From: Felis catus
Taxonomy: Eukaryota
Assembly (NCBI RefSeq): GCF_018350175.1
Contig: NC_058368.1
Span: forward strand, 63,738,001 to 63,802,000
Length of the DNA stretch: 64,000 nt
Reading direction: 5' to 3'
A program made the translations under genes and the position numbers. The stretch's first letter is position 1. Every line of letters begins with the position of its first letter. The notes below the pieces were generated by a model. That model saw only the letters and a list, made by a program, of their open reading frames with translations. It was not told the origin of the DNA and searched no databases. This document shows positions 39,315 to 52,339 of the stretch, piece by piece.

Positions 39315-40504
39315 ATGAAATTTATTTCTGTGTTCAACTTGTACTAGTTCATTCATGGCCATGATATCTACAACCAACACTTGAGTGAGTTCTTTCTCTT
39401 GTCTTTACTTCCTCATGGGTGAGATAAAGCTTATATCTTGAAAAGGATTATCAGAAGAGGTAACTGAGATAATAGGTATAAAATGGCTAGTTTAGTGCCT
39501 GAATCAGCAGGTGCTTAATAACTGCTTGATTTCTTCCCCTCCCTTCTTTCCTATGGCTTTGCTTCTACCTTCTGGTCCAAATCAGGCTTTAAACACTGTC
39601 AGGGTCTGTTCTTTCATTTCTAAAATCACTATGTAATTTATTCCAACTTTTAATCAAAAGCAGACAAATAAACTAAATATGATAATATTGTTTCAGAGAT
39701 TTTCCAGTTGTAAATATGATGAGATACCCTAAAGATATGTATTAACATAAACAGAATAATCTAATTATGAAATTACATGGGTCTCCAGGCTTATATTGTG
39801 TTTATGATTGAAACTGATAGGTGTAGATTTCACGTCTATTAATGCATGAGAGTTTTGATAAAATGACAAACCACCTCAGATTGTTTTCTCCTTGGGCACC
39901 CATGAAGATGGGCTATACAATTTTTATTTACCACCATTATGTAGAGATGCTTCTGTTCTGCTTCCCTCTCTGTAAACTGTCAAATTCACTTATCCCCACT
40001 GACATCACACACACACTAAATTTGTCTTAGTTACTCACTGTTCCTCTGTCTTCTAAAAATATGCTCCTTTATTGCTATGATGTCTCTGACTATGTTGAAT
40101 GCCTGGCCCTGTAAATTTATCCTTGTCTTCCAAGCCTTTTTACCAGTGATCCTGTTTTGTTACAATGTTTAAAATTATTTGTAGCTAATGCTGATAATGT
40201 TGGTCTAGGGGATGAAATCGTTCTCATAGGCTTGGCTACTGGGCATTGCTATTGCTCTGCATAACTAGTTTGCTTTGAGGCTTTTGCAATATTGGATCCC
40301 ACAGTTGGTCTGCTGAGTTGCCAGAGGACAGGTCATATATGCTTAAAGATTTGTAATAAGAAAATTTTATAGTTGGACATTTCTGGAGAATCTCTAGGCC
40401 TATATGAGGTCTGGGACTAAAAGTTTAACATAGCAGAGATGGCCACAGTCAGATTGAGCTGTGTCCAACATTGTCATAATTGCTGTAAGTAAATATATCT
40501 ATAT

Positions 40505-40592
40505 ATCTCCCTCCCCCATCTCTGGAAAGCATCATTCTGCTCTCTGCTTCTATGAATTTGAATATTTTAGATACTTAATATAAGTAGAATCT
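40505..40592 (-). mobile_element. Short old L1 3' UTR fragment
   Basis: 'catcattctgctctctgcttctatgaatttgaatattttagatac'. Confidence 0.65.
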
Positions 40593-41320
40593 TCGTTAAA
40601 TTACTTAACATTTCACAAGTCTATCAGCTTGTTCAAGCCTTTGTCAGCTTTTGCAACTAAAGAGACCAGCAGGGAAGAAGTTTCTTCCAGATACCTAGTC
40701 AGGATATTGATTTTTTAAATGGCAAAGGATGACCCAAGTGGTCAGGGAGCCCTGTGCTCCCACCATTCCAGCTATTGCTGCTGTTTACTTGCCCCAAGGC
40801 TCATGACCATGCAAGGAAAAAAAAAAGAAAACAGAGATCAGTGCAAAAGGGATTCCAGAGTACAGAGAAGAACAAATAGAAGAGCCCAAAGTGACAGCAC
40901 CTGACAAAACAGAAATGCTGGAATCAATTCACCTTGTCTGTTTTGTTTCTCTGTATTTCTATCTATTTCCCTCTGCATAAGTACTTTAAGTAAAATCAGA
41001 TCGGCAAAAAAACAAAAAGTCTTCCTGAAATTAAAAAAAAAGTATTTAGTTGATGAAATGAAGAAGATGGCTGGGTTGAATTCGTATTTAATGCTTAGGA
41101 AGACATAGTAGAAGAAATAATCTATAACAGTGAACAAAAATCTAAGGCTTTGAAAATTATGAAGGTAAAAGAAAGAAACAGGGTGAGTAGATTCAGGAGA
41201 CCTAGTATGTAAATATTAGGAAGCAGAAGAAGAAGTTTTAGATGTAAGTGAAGCACTGATTTAAATATATGTAGATAGAAGAGAACTTCCGTGAGCTGAG
41301 TTCTTGAGTGTGTAGATTAA

Positions 41321-41979
41321 AATCCCACCTCTGGGCATATATCCGAAGAAAATGAAATCACTATCCCAAAGAGATACCTGTACTCCCATGTTCATTGCAT
41401 TTTTCCAAGATATGGCCATTTTTATATGGGCACACACACAGACAGTAGAATGTTATTCAGCCTTAAAAAAGAAGGAAATCCTGCCATTTGTGACAACAAG
41501 TGAACCTGGAAGACATTATACTAAGTGAAATAAGCCAGAGACAAGTGCCATATGAAATAAGTCAGAGGGACAAATGCTGTGTGATCTCACTTGTGTGTGG
41601 AATCTAAAGCAGTCAACCTCCTAGAAACAGAGAACAGAAGTGTGGTTATCAGGGGACCAGGGGATGGGGTGGGGTGGAAAAAATGGAGAGATTATGGTTA
41701 AAGGCTCCAACATTTCAGTTATAAGATGCATAAATTCTAGAAACCTACTGTACAATATGGTGACTATAGTTAATGAGACTGTGTTGTATACTTGAAATTG
41801 GCTAGGAGAGCAGATCTTAAGTGTGCTCACCACACACAAGGTAACTGCGTGAGCTGGTGGGCATGTTAGTTTGCTTGGTTGTGGTATTCATTTCACAAGG
41901 TGTATGTATATCAAAACATCATGTTACACACCTTAAATATATTCATGAATTATATACCTCAATGAAAGTGGAAAAGAAA
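41321..41979 (+). mobile_element. 5'-truncated L1 3' end, L1MA9-like
   Basis: 'aatcccacctctgggcatatatcc', 'aaggaaatcctgccatttgtgacaac', 'tatcaaaacatcatgttacacaccttaaatata'. Confidence 0.9.
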
Positions 41980-42408
41980 TGATTGAGGATAAAAGACACA
42001 TACCTCAGTAAGTCCTGGTAAAATTCCTGAACTGTAAAGATTAAGAGAAATTATACAAGCTTGTAGGTTGGAATGATATACTTTCAAAATAAAAAAGGAT
42101 CCAGAGAGACTGCAATTCTCTTCTATAACAATGAAGTTTGAAAGACAGTTTGAGTTTACAGAGAGACAAGCAACTGTAACAGAAGAGTCCAATACTCAGT
42201 GAAGACATAATTCACCTGTTAGGTTAATGGTGATGGGATAAAGTATTGTGTATATTCAGTGATTCAGAGAGTATATCATTTATGTACCTCATGAGAGAGA
42301 ATTGTTTGAGAATGTACTCCAACAGAATAATGTATCACATAAAAGAATTTGAGAGAAAGGAGATGAGAGGATTCAGTGGCAAGTAATGAATCGACATAAC
42401 TAACTAAC

Positions 42409-42474
42409 TTCCTTCCTTCCTTCCTTCCTTCCTTCCTTCCTTCCTTCCTTCCTTCCTTCCTTCTTTCCTTTTTT

Positions 42475-42511
<37 letters not shown>

Positions 42512-42530
42512 ACCTACCTACCTATCAGTC
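42409..42530. repeat. Compound microsatellite (TTCC)n-(TC)n-(CTAC)n
   Basis: Seen directly. Confidence 0.95.
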
Positions 42531-42688
42531 ATCTATCTACATAGATAATAATACGAAAAAGGAATGTGTATAATTGAAATGCCAAAAATTGATTAATAAA
42601 AAAGAATAGGTATAAAGGAAAGCTATTAATAAGCTAGATTTACTATGTTACTTAAACAAATGTGGGAGCTGTGTAGTGAGTTGGGGTA

Positions 42689-43149
42689 TGATCAAGGAAA
42701 ATGATATGACCATGAGGTGGCAGTAGCACTCAGCAAGCTTGAGGTGGGTGGCAATTTAATAGATTTACAAGCTAGGGATGTCCCTTCACAGCATGAGACC
42801 TTTCCAGAGACCAGGATGCAGGGCACCACCCAGAAGGGGAAAAGGGCAGGGAAGAGAGGATATGTCCTCTCTCTTATATGTGTGGATGATGTCACTCAGG
42901 AAGATGGCAGAGAGTCTCTGAGAGCTCAAGGGTCAAAGAATTCTAAAGTGAAAACAGGCTTGGGCTCTTTTACGGCCCCTGAGGCTCATCTATGGCTAGT
43001 TAATGTTGGGTGCAGCTTCCTAGGGTAAACGGCTAAAAATCTCCATGTTTGGGTTACATGTGAAAAATTGGATGTGTCAAATTTGGGTTCAGTGTTGACA
43101 GCCTTTGGAGCTGACAGTACCAGCCTGCTGGAGTCAGATCTGGTAGACA
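42689..43149 (-). mobile_element. Probable ERVL solo LTR (MER54/MER74/LTR53 group)
   Basis: A GC-richer block of about 460 bp bounded by TG...CA, starting 'tgatcaaggaaaatgatatgaccat', similar to the reverse-complement end of that group. No clear TSD. Confidence 0.5.
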
Positions 43150-44859
43150 AAATAATTGAGGACATAGAGGATTTGAATGATATCAATAAACATCATATAA
43201 AATATGTGTATAGAAATTTACACTTTCAAATATAATTGTATTATATATCTATGAAATACTCATAATTGACCATATATTTGACAATGAGGTAAACTTGCAA
43301 AAAGAGCAGGACTTCTACAAGCTGCATATTATAGTTCATGTTGGGTTAAAATAAAATTAGTAATAAATAAAGAAACCCCAACCTCCTCAACTACTGGAAA
43401 TTAAGAACCATACTCTTAAGTTAGTTATAGATCAAACAGAAATTAAAATGAAAATTGTAAGTTAGAAGCTATTTTGAAAACATTGTAAAGGAGAGTATAC
43501 ATTAAACCAGATCTGCTCAGCAAACGCTCTATGTAAGGAAGAACTCCAGTCAGTGAGCCCAAAAAGGGACTTTATGCTTTCTTTTCTAAAATCACAAGAA
43601 AAACAGCAACAAAAAATAGATAAAGGGAAATACTAACTTTAAGTCTTGTAATAAAAATGAAATAGAAAGGATAAATAAAGTAAAACTATTATTTTGAGTA
43701 TTCAAGAAAATCAATAAAACCCTGCTGAACTGGAGAAAAAAGAACAACAGTATATATGCTTAGGAATAAGAAAGGTCACAAATATACACAGATTGAAGAG
43801 ATAAAAGGCATAAAGAAACACTATTTCAACATAAAAATAATCAATTAAAATCCTTAAAAAAATGTAGGCTACTATGGATGTATAGGCTCAGAGTTGGAAA
43901 TACATGGTGAACTAAGACAGGACACTTGGAATATAATAAAGGAAAGAGAAACACAGTTTGCTATAAAAACAATTAGAATTTATGTGGTGAAATATTAGAA
44001 ATGAAGTCAAAATAAAAATTGAAGTTTGTATAACTTTTTTTTCTTTTTTTTTGGTTGGAAGAGTGTGGATAGATAGATGTCCTGGGCCATTACTACACAT
44101 AGTTTGGGTGGTGGGGGTGGAAAAGTTGACAGACAGGGTAAAAGGAAGTGAAGAGACTTAATACATACAGACTGTAGGTATCATTTAAAACCTAAAAACC
44201 CAGAATAATAAAGTCCTTGAATCAAGCAAGTACCTTATCCTAACAAAACTGGGGAGAACAAGTGTCATGACTTCTAAAGTACCTAAAACTTAACCCAAAC
44301 TACTCCATTAGCTACACTGTTTAGGGAAGATGAGTTGGAAACCCTTATCACAACCCATTGTATATCCTCATAAAATATATATGACATATAAAGTTGTCAT
44401 TGAAAATAGTAGTGCATTGATCAGCCCCCCAAAAAGTGCCTTGTGGAGCGTGAGCACTTAATAAATATTAGTTGTCCTTCCCTTCAAACCCCAGCTTTCC
44501 TTTCCGTTGGGTTATTCTCTTATCCAATCTTAAGCAGGTCTTTCTATTCACTCAGGGTGTGTTTCTGAAGTTCTAATGACCTCAGTAACTGCTGAAGAGC
44601 CCTACTGATATTAAAGTGAATATATTTTTCTGTGAAATAATAACTGGCTTTCTAAGAAAAGATTGTAGGATTATGGCTATTTTCTTTTCTCATCCAAACT
44701 CTTGGGATAGAAGAAACCTTGACTTGTCTTTGTGGGAAGGGATCCCTTCAAATTTTGTATTTCAAGGTTACCAGTACAGAGTGACATTTGTTAAAATGAA
44801 CACAAATCAACACCGTATATCAGTTTGATGTATATAGTCAATAGCACATCTCTAAAACA

Positions 44860-45080
44860 GAGGCACTACGTCTTAGCAGAAGCACAGGAAACTTGATTTG
44901 GAACAGGTTCAGGGATTTACTGATCATGGAGTCTTGGACATGTTACCGAATTTCTCTGAGTCTCCGTTTACACAACAGGATCATCCTCATGTACCTACCT
45001 AGAGGGTTTGTTGTGAAGATCAAATAACTACTTTATGGATGAGGGTTTTGTAAGCAAGAACTCTTCCATGCATGTATGAA
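44860..45080 (+). mobile_element. MIR
   Basis: 'gtcttggacatgttaccgaatttctctgagtctccgttt...agggtttgttgtgaagatcaaataa'. Confidence 0.65.
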
Positions 45081-45883
45081 ATATCATAGTCAGTACTCCA
45101 ATACTTAGGTGCCTTCAGGCTGATCTTCCTGAGGGGCCCCTATGTATTTCTGGAGGCCTGCCTTCCACTCTGTCCCAGTCATTTTGGTGGTCAGCTCTGC
45201 CTGAAATTACGTTGTAAATTAATGTCTATAAACAATGTGATTGAATAGATTTTGTTTCTGTTTCTTTTTTGATGGATTTTCTTTTATTTTTTCTGTTAGA
45301 TCTTAGATTTAAGTTGTCATTCTCCAGAAACATCTAGGAAGGAATTTATCTATAGTACAAAATTGGAATCTCTAGAGATGATGTTTGAATAACAATAAAT
45401 AAGATTATTTTATTCTTATCCTTGGCATGAAAGAAGTACCATATTAGAGAGATCTACAATTGGGTTAAATCTCGAAACAGGTACTTAAAATGCAAAATCA
45501 AGTTGGTCTACTTGGAATCATTTAAATTCTGTAAAGTGTGACTTCATAAAATGACTAAGGACATTTTCATGTAGCAATAGATGCCATACAACCTTCTGGA
45601 GGAGATGATGTAAAGGTGTAATAAAATATTATGTTCCTCCTCACAGTATTCTTCAACATCAATATATTATGCAATTCTAAGTAATTACTATAAGTCGATG
45701 TTTACCAGTCCTACAGAAATTCTGTTTCTGTTGTAAAGCAAACTACCTGCACTCAGCACTCCAACATTGTCTTTTAAGTCTACGGAAGTCACAACTTACA
45801 GAGTTTTAATAAATCCAAATAGGGTAACTAATTTTTTATATTTTTTCTGTCATCTATGAGAGACTATATTGAAAAGATAATTT

Positions 45884-45885
45884 TT

Positions 45886-45947
<62 letters not shown>

Positions 45948-46026
45948 TTCCTTCCTTCCTTCCTTCCTTCCTTCCTTCCTTCCTTCCTTCCTTCTTTCCT
46001 CCCTTCCTTCCTTCCTTCCTTCCTTC
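45884..46026. repeat. (TTTC)n(TTCC)n compound tetranucleotide repeat, derived from a SINE tail
   Basis: Seen directly; abuts the 3' end of a minus-strand SINE. Confidence 0.97.
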
Positions 46027-46165
46027 TTTTTTTTGTGAGAGAGAGAGAGAGCACCAGCAGAGGAGAGGGGCAGAGGGAGAGAGAGAGAGAGAGAGAATAC
46101 CTGAGGCTTGGCTTCTTGCTCAGCTAGGGACTTGATCCCATAACCCTCGGATGGTGACCTGAGCC
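46027..46165 (-). mobile_element. 5'-truncated older Can-SINE
   Basis: (GA)n, 'ggagaggggcagagggagag' and 'gtgacctgagcc', with no head sequence. Confidence 0.82.
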
Positions 46166-46288
46166 TATATGTAGACAGATATAAACTCTGTCCTGTTACT
46201 GATACAGATGAGTTTAGGAAATCTGGGTCTTCTAGCCAAGTGGGTTTGCTCATACTTTGTCCTTCTGTTGGAGAGACTCAGCACATTT

Positions 46289-46665
46289 ATTTATTTTTTA
46301 TTTTTTTATTTTTTTTTGTATGAAATTTATTGACAAATTAGTTTCCATACAACACCCAGTGCTCATCCCAAAAGGTGCCCTCCTCAATACCCATCACCCA
46401 CCCTCTCCTCCTTCCCACCCCCCATCATCCCTCAGTTTGTTCTCAGTTTTTAAGAGTCTCTTATGCTTTGGCTCTCTCCCACTCTAACCTGTTTTTTTTT
46501 TTTTTTTCCTTCCCCTCCCCCATGGGTTCCTGTTAATTTCTCAGGGTCCACATAAGAGTGAAACCATATGGTATCTGTCTTTCTCTGTATGGCTTATTTC
46601 ACTTAGCATCACACTCTCCAGTTCCATCCACGTTGCTACAAAAGGCCATATTTCATTTTTTCTCA
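46289..46665 (-). mobile_element. Young 5'-truncated cat-type LINE-1 3' end
   Basis: T-rich tail, then 'gaaatttattgacaaatt...catacaacacccagtgctcatc'. Perfect 16-bp TSD GAGACTCAGCACATTT (46273-46288, 46666-46681). Confidence 0.96.
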
Positions 46666-48185
46666 GAGACTCAGCACATTTAGAGACCCAGTTACAGTCC
46701 AGTCAGTGGCTGCTCTGAACAACAATACCAGGTACTACCACCAGAGGGAGCCCCTCTATAAGTTATAGAATGGAAGGGCAGGCTCGCTGTGGGCAGGCTG
46801 AGCTGACAAACCAGAGGGAAGAACTGAGTTGCCTGTGACCAGTCCCTGCTCTGAAACTTCCCAGTCTTCAAATTCACATTTCTTCCTCTGAGAGGGATTT
46901 GAGAGGAGGGATGAAAAGGGTCAAGAAGTTGCTCAGAAAACAAGGAATAGATATGTCCTTCCCTACCGTTTTCACCCCTTTGTTCTCTTAAACCAGTGGC
47001 TTAACCAGGGGTCTAATAGCTGTTCTCGAAAGGTTACATATTTTGGCCCCTGCTTACCCGATTCCTCCGTCTGAATTGCTTCTGACCTGGGCAGGGAACA
47101 GGGAATCTGTTTATTGGAATAGCTAGAACTCATTATCTTGTGCTTCCAGCTGGAAAATTTGAGAAAGACACAGAGAATGGGGTTTAGGAATAAAAATTGA
47201 TACTACGTACATGATGGGTGAGTTAAGGCTTTAGGTGTTAGCAAGGAAGTTCACTTGAGGTTTTGGCTTACATTAGGCACTTTTAAAAAATGGTGTGGTT
47301 GATTTTTAACTGGTGGAGCCTGGTCAGGTAGCTTCATGCCTTAGGCTTAATAAACATGAGCTGCTGCATGTGACCTCGATGCTGTACTTTATGGTCTTTG
47401 TCCAGATATATGTGACTTTTTATAGCAGCAAGTAAGCAGGATGTGTCTTTAAAAAACACTAGCCATTTAGGAAGCCAGAGAATTTGGTGTCAATGAAATA
47501 CACTGGCACAGTTAGACCTTGGTGTTGCAGCCAACAAGCAGACAGGCACTAAAACACCACAAAGTAAGTGTTTTAGTCTCAAGACAAATAATGCTTCAGT
47601 AAAAAACAAAAACAGAAACAAAAACTACCCTGAAGGTAGCCGAAAACTACATGTGTCCAAAACACACTGTGAGATGCTCGAGGTTGTAACGGCTTGTGGG
47701 TAGGAGACACTAAAAGGGAGACCTCAGTTCCTTTCACTGAAATTAGGACAAAACGGACGAACTGGTGATTAGAAACGCTTGAATGCGTGTTTCTAGATAT
47801 AAGAATTGTTGAGGGACTCAAGGAGGAGCCAGAGAAGTTGAAAAATACTCTTCAGTTTTATGATCAGGACAGAATAGCAAAATAATGAAATGAAAGGGAG
47901 GATCAAGCTGTAAGAAGAGAGATTTAATTAAGGAAAACTTCAAGAACCAACCCGAGAGACAGGAAGGGGGATTGGGCTGCTGGAGAAGGCAAAGGGAGCA
48001 GCAGTGTCTGACGTGCTCATACAGCGGTTCTCCGAAAATGAACGTCTGCCAGGTTTTACAAGATCAGAAACACTATACAGACAAAATAAAGCCTGAGAGA
48101 GGTAAAATGTCAGAGAGCTAACTGGAACAATCAACCTAAGGGGTAAAGGAAACTGCTGAGGATAGCCTTTTAAAGCTGAACCCTG

Positions 48186-48624
48186 GGGGCGCCTGGGTGG
48201 CTCAGTGGGTTGAAGGGCCAACTTTGGCTCAGGTCGTGATCTCGTGGTTCGTGGGTTGGCGGGTTCGCACCCCACATCAAGCTCTGTGCTGTCAGTGCAG
48301 AGCCTGCTTTGATCTTCTGTCCCCCCCTCTCTCTGCTCCTTCCCCGATTGAGCTCTCTCTCTAAAAAATAAACAAATCTTAAAAAAAAATGCTGGGGGTG
48401 CCTGGGTAGCTCAGTCAGTTGAGCATCCAACTTCGGCTCAGGTCATGATCTCACAGTTTGTGGGTTCAAGCATCGCATCAGGCTCTGTGCTAACAGCTCA
48501 GAGCCTGGAGCCTGCTTCGGATTCTGTCTCCTTCTCTCTCTGCCCCTCCCCCGCTCATGCTTTGTCTCACTCTGTTTCTCAAAAATAAATAAATCTAAAA
48601 AAATTTGAAAAAAATTAAAAAAAG
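48186..48624 (+). mobile_element. Two head-to-tail Can-SINEs (48186-48388 and 48395-48624)
   Basis: Two GGGG(C/T)GCCTGGGT heads; outer TSD AAGCTGAAC(C/A)CTGG. Confidence 0.94.
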
Positions 48625-48791
48625 AAGCTGAACACTGGAAGAGGGTAGAATGTGGTTGTTGGGGCTTGGGGAGAGAGAAGTGGGCAGATGTTGGTCGAAG
48701 AGTACAGAGTTTCAGTTTTGCAGGATGAACACATTCTGGACATCTAATGTACAGCAGTGTGACTGTAGTTCATTCTGTATTGTATACTTTC

Positions 48792-48822
48792 TTTAAAAAA
48801 AAAGTAATGTTTATTTATTTTT

Positions 48823-48856
<34 letters not shown>

Positions 48857-49026
48857 CAGACTGTGAGTGGGGGAGGGGCAGAGAGAGAGGGAGACACAAT
48901 CTCAAGCAGGCTCCAGGCTCAGAGCTGTCAGCACAGAGCCTGACATGGAGCTTGAACTCACAAACCATGACATCATGACCTGAGCTGAAGTAGGACGCTT
49001 AACCGACTGAGCCATGCAGGCGCCGC
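48792..49026 (-). mobile_element. Can-SINE
   Basis: TSD TGTAT(A/G)CTTTC (48781-48791, 49027-49037). Confidence 0.94.
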
Positions 49027-49063
49027 TGTATGCTTTCATAAGAGAAAGTTTTAACTGTTCTCA

Positions 49064-49100
<37 letters not shown>

Positions 49101-50616
49101 GAGCAAGTGTTAATTATGTAACATGACGGATATGTTAACAAGTTGATTGTGATTATTTCACAGTTATACATCTTAAATATATACATGTTTTATTTGTCAA
49201 TTATGCTTCAGTAGACCTGGGGAAAAACACATATGTCCTTGGAAACACAATTTAGATTGTTTATGAAAAAAAGCTATGTGTGATTAATCCCCCCCAACCC
49301 CCCCCCCCCAACTCTAGACTCTGTAACAACAGATTTCTTTTCTTAACAACTTTTCAATTTAACTATAGTGTTTGGGATTTTAAAGACTTAACTACCAAAG
49401 AATTAAGAGCTCAAATATAAAATTAAAAATCTTCACAATATATATAAAAAGAAAGAATGAAAAGCTGAAGCTTGAAAGATCATAGCTGGGTTCCAGACTG
49501 GGTTGGCTATACCAAGTAAGTATGAAAAATCTAGGCATGTTTGAGAGCAGAACAGAGTATCATTGTGAAGTGATCAGAGAATTGTTAGCTGATTGGTGTG
49601 CAAGGAGACACATTTATTGTTGAATCCTTGTACAGGAAGTGCTTGTGTCTTTAGGGCACTCCCCCAAGAGATCTATGGAATAAGGATTCTAAGGAGAGTG
49701 GGAAGAGTGAAAATCACAGACTTATTAGAGGGACTCCAGGTAAGATAGTGGTAGTTTGAGTCCAAGTTTGGTTTAACTGTTCAAACAATGCTTCTCAGAG
49801 TCTCAGTACTTTTTAACTGAATCTTATTATAGGAGATGAAAACAAGAGGGTTATGTTAGAAAATAACATATCTGGGCCAGGAGACAAAAGGAAATATCAT
49901 GGAAAGAATGCTCTTGAACACAGCAAGCAGTGCTGTCCTACCTGAGAGAGCAGGGAAGGGGCCAACCTCAAAGCAAAGCAAGTCATTGAAAACATAGCTG
50001 AGCCTTCTTGAAGGAAGAAGAAGACAGCAGAGAGAAAGTAAATATTGGAAGTACAGTCCAGACTGCAGAAAAATATGTAGCCAAGGGAAAAAAAAGATAC
50101 TACTTAATGCCTGGAATAATGGAAAGCTATGGGAGTAAAGATTATCCAGGAGTCATGATATGCAGCCTTGACCTCACATAGCCCCCAGGGCAACTGATTT
50201 TAGAAAGACCATCTGCATCTTCTGCACATCAATCCTCCAGTTGCTACATGTGTAGGAATAGTCTAAGGGCAGATTACTTAGGGTTTAGCTATTTCCTGGG
50301 AAAAGGAGGTGATCACAGCCACCCATGCTTGGGATGGAGCGCCCACTCAGCTAAACCCGAATGTGCTAGAAATATGAAGCTGAAATTACAAAGAAGTTTC
50401 AGAAGTTTCGATTAAGCAGACAGAAAAAGAAAGCCTCTACAAATAAGACCCAGTGACTGGGTTTGCCACCAATGTGTGTTTCTAAACTTTGTAAGAGAAG
50501 AATATTGATCTCTGAGAGAAGATAGTGTGCGTAAATCAGTTCTCCCCTCCAGTTATGGTGAATGTGAGAGGCCCATTTTAACCTCTTGGTGCAAATTTAC
50601 TCTTGTTTGGGTTTCA

Positions 50617-50618
<2 letters not shown>

Positions 50619-50672
<54 letters not shown>

Positions 50673-50677
50673 TGTGT
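50619..50677. repeat. (TC)n(TG)n compound microsatellite
   Basis: Seen directly. Confidence 0.96.
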
Positions 50678-52086
50678 ATCCATCTGTGGACATCTGGCAT
50701 AGATGGATGGCATTCTGCTGAAGCTCACAATCTACTCCTCTTCCCTCAGATGTCAGTGGGTGTTGCTCTAGTCTTGGAAAAATAATGGCTTCTATGAATA
50801 GAATATCATTTTTCTTGAAACAGCTGCTCTAATGGCTGGGGATTACCGTGCGCTCTAAGTTTGGTGTGTGGAGCCACTGTCCTAATGGGCTTGTGTGGTC
50901 TATTAACTCTTGAGACTCTTTGGTAGTGAGACACGTAGGTGCTTTTGGTATTGAGCTGATTTAAATTTGGGGATGTTTCTAGTAGAAGACAGCTCCAGTT
51001 AGTGCCCCTGAAGGAAATTCATTTCAACCCAGGCATCAAGAGCTTCTCTGGTTGAGACTGAGCAGAAGAAATTGCAGGACTTTAACTCGTGTTTGTACTT
51101 CAAACTTATCTTAAGTTTAGGATTTCAACGACAACTCAAAAGAACAAGAGAATGTGACTTTGAACTGTAAATATTTTGGACAATTTCTTTTTCCTGAAGA
51201 TTTGATAATGGATACTGTTTTCAAATTTGGGGTGTTTATGTTAATTTTGTTATGAAGCCTTTGAGAAGCATTAAATAATATGGCTGGACATCATTTGAGA
51301 TAGGAATTAGAGTAGGAGGTGAGTTTTCAGCATGATATTGAATGGCGTTATATTTAATTATTTGTGTACATGTGTGTGGCGGTGGGGAGGCAGAATTCAT
51401 ACCCTTTCAGAGCTGAAACTTCACTTGACCACAAGCAGTCCGAAGATCAAACAAACTGCAGTTATTGGCTTGGGGGCAGCATGGCCGTGGATTCAGGACC
51501 ATGACAGCCCTGATGCTGGAATAAATGAAGAAATCTGGGGACTTCCGGGGTGAAGGGAATTCCTTTTTCTTCGATTCATGTGCCCATCTGGAGGGAGATT
51601 TCCTGGAGAAACAATCTGAGTCTCTCTGTCTCTCTCCATTCTCTGCCTTATTCCTACCACTCAGGGGAGAGAAGTGACCTCATTGATAGTTTTGGAGACA
51701 GAGATGAGCATTCTTAGGTCAGGCTCTTCCTCTTTGCTTGTCTGTGTGGTCTGATGGCCTGCAGAGAACACACATTCTGCTCTTCTCCTACATAGACAAA
51801 GATTTCCTGAGGCAGCTCCCCATGGAGAGGGCACTGACTGCACAGCTGTGCCCATGCCTGGCAGGGTGTACCACCATGAAGTAGGCATGTACTTAGTAAG
51901 TCCATTTAGCTGAACACCTAAGGTGTATGTGTCAGTATTGCTTTTATCAGTAATAAAACAGGCATTGGTTCTCCATTTGACTCCCATGACCATATCTCAG
52001 TTAGTGTCAAATTGAATAGAGGATGAAAACATCATGTGTTGGGTTCCTCAAACCTCAACTTTGAGAATCCTATTTCCTAATGGTAT

Positions 52087-52090
<4 letters not shown>

Positions 52091-52123
<33 letters not shown>

Positions 52124-52339
52124 TATATGTGTACTTTTTTAATATTTATTTTGAGAGAGAGAGAGAGAGTGAGTGGGGGAGGTACAGAGAGAGGGGGGCA
52201 AGACAGAATCCAAAGCAGATTCCACACTCATTCAGCATGGAGCCTGATGTAGGACTGGATCTCACAACCATAAGCTCATGACTTGAGCTGAGATCAAGAG
52301 TCGGACGCTTAACCGACTGAGCCATCTAGGCAGGCACCT
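52091..52339 (-). mobile_element. Can-SINE (52135-52339) with adjacent (TG)n at 52091-52122
   Basis: 'atgacttgagctgagatcaagagtcggacgcttaaccgactgagcc'. Confidence 0.92.

Larger units (their letters stand above)
41000..43900 (+). mobile_element. Ancient L1M/HAL1-like remnants, interrupted by a younger L1, a microsatellite and an LTR
   Basis: A-rich ORF1-like blocks and endonuclease-like 'gacatagaggatttgaatgatatcaataa'. Confidence 0.5.
48170..49226 (+). mobile_element. Old L1 3' UTR (L1MA9-like) interrupted by three SINEs and a (CA)n tract at 49066-49098
   Basis: 'gatgttggtcgaagagtacagagtttcagtt...ctaatgtacagc...tttatttgtcaattatgcttcagta'. Confidence 0.75.

Noticed and set aside
41526..41577. 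About 25-bp internal duplication in the L1MA9-like element
   Set aside because: Old, diverged local duplication of no apparent consequence.
45854..46253. K/E/R/G-rich ORFs (RKEGRKEG...)
   Set aside because: Translation of the (GGAA)n/(GAAA)n microsatellite and the adjacent SINE.
47548..47577. 10-bp inverted repeat ACTAAAACAC/GTGTTTTAGT with a 10-nt loop
   Set aside because: Short and AT-rich; plausible by chance in 64 kb.
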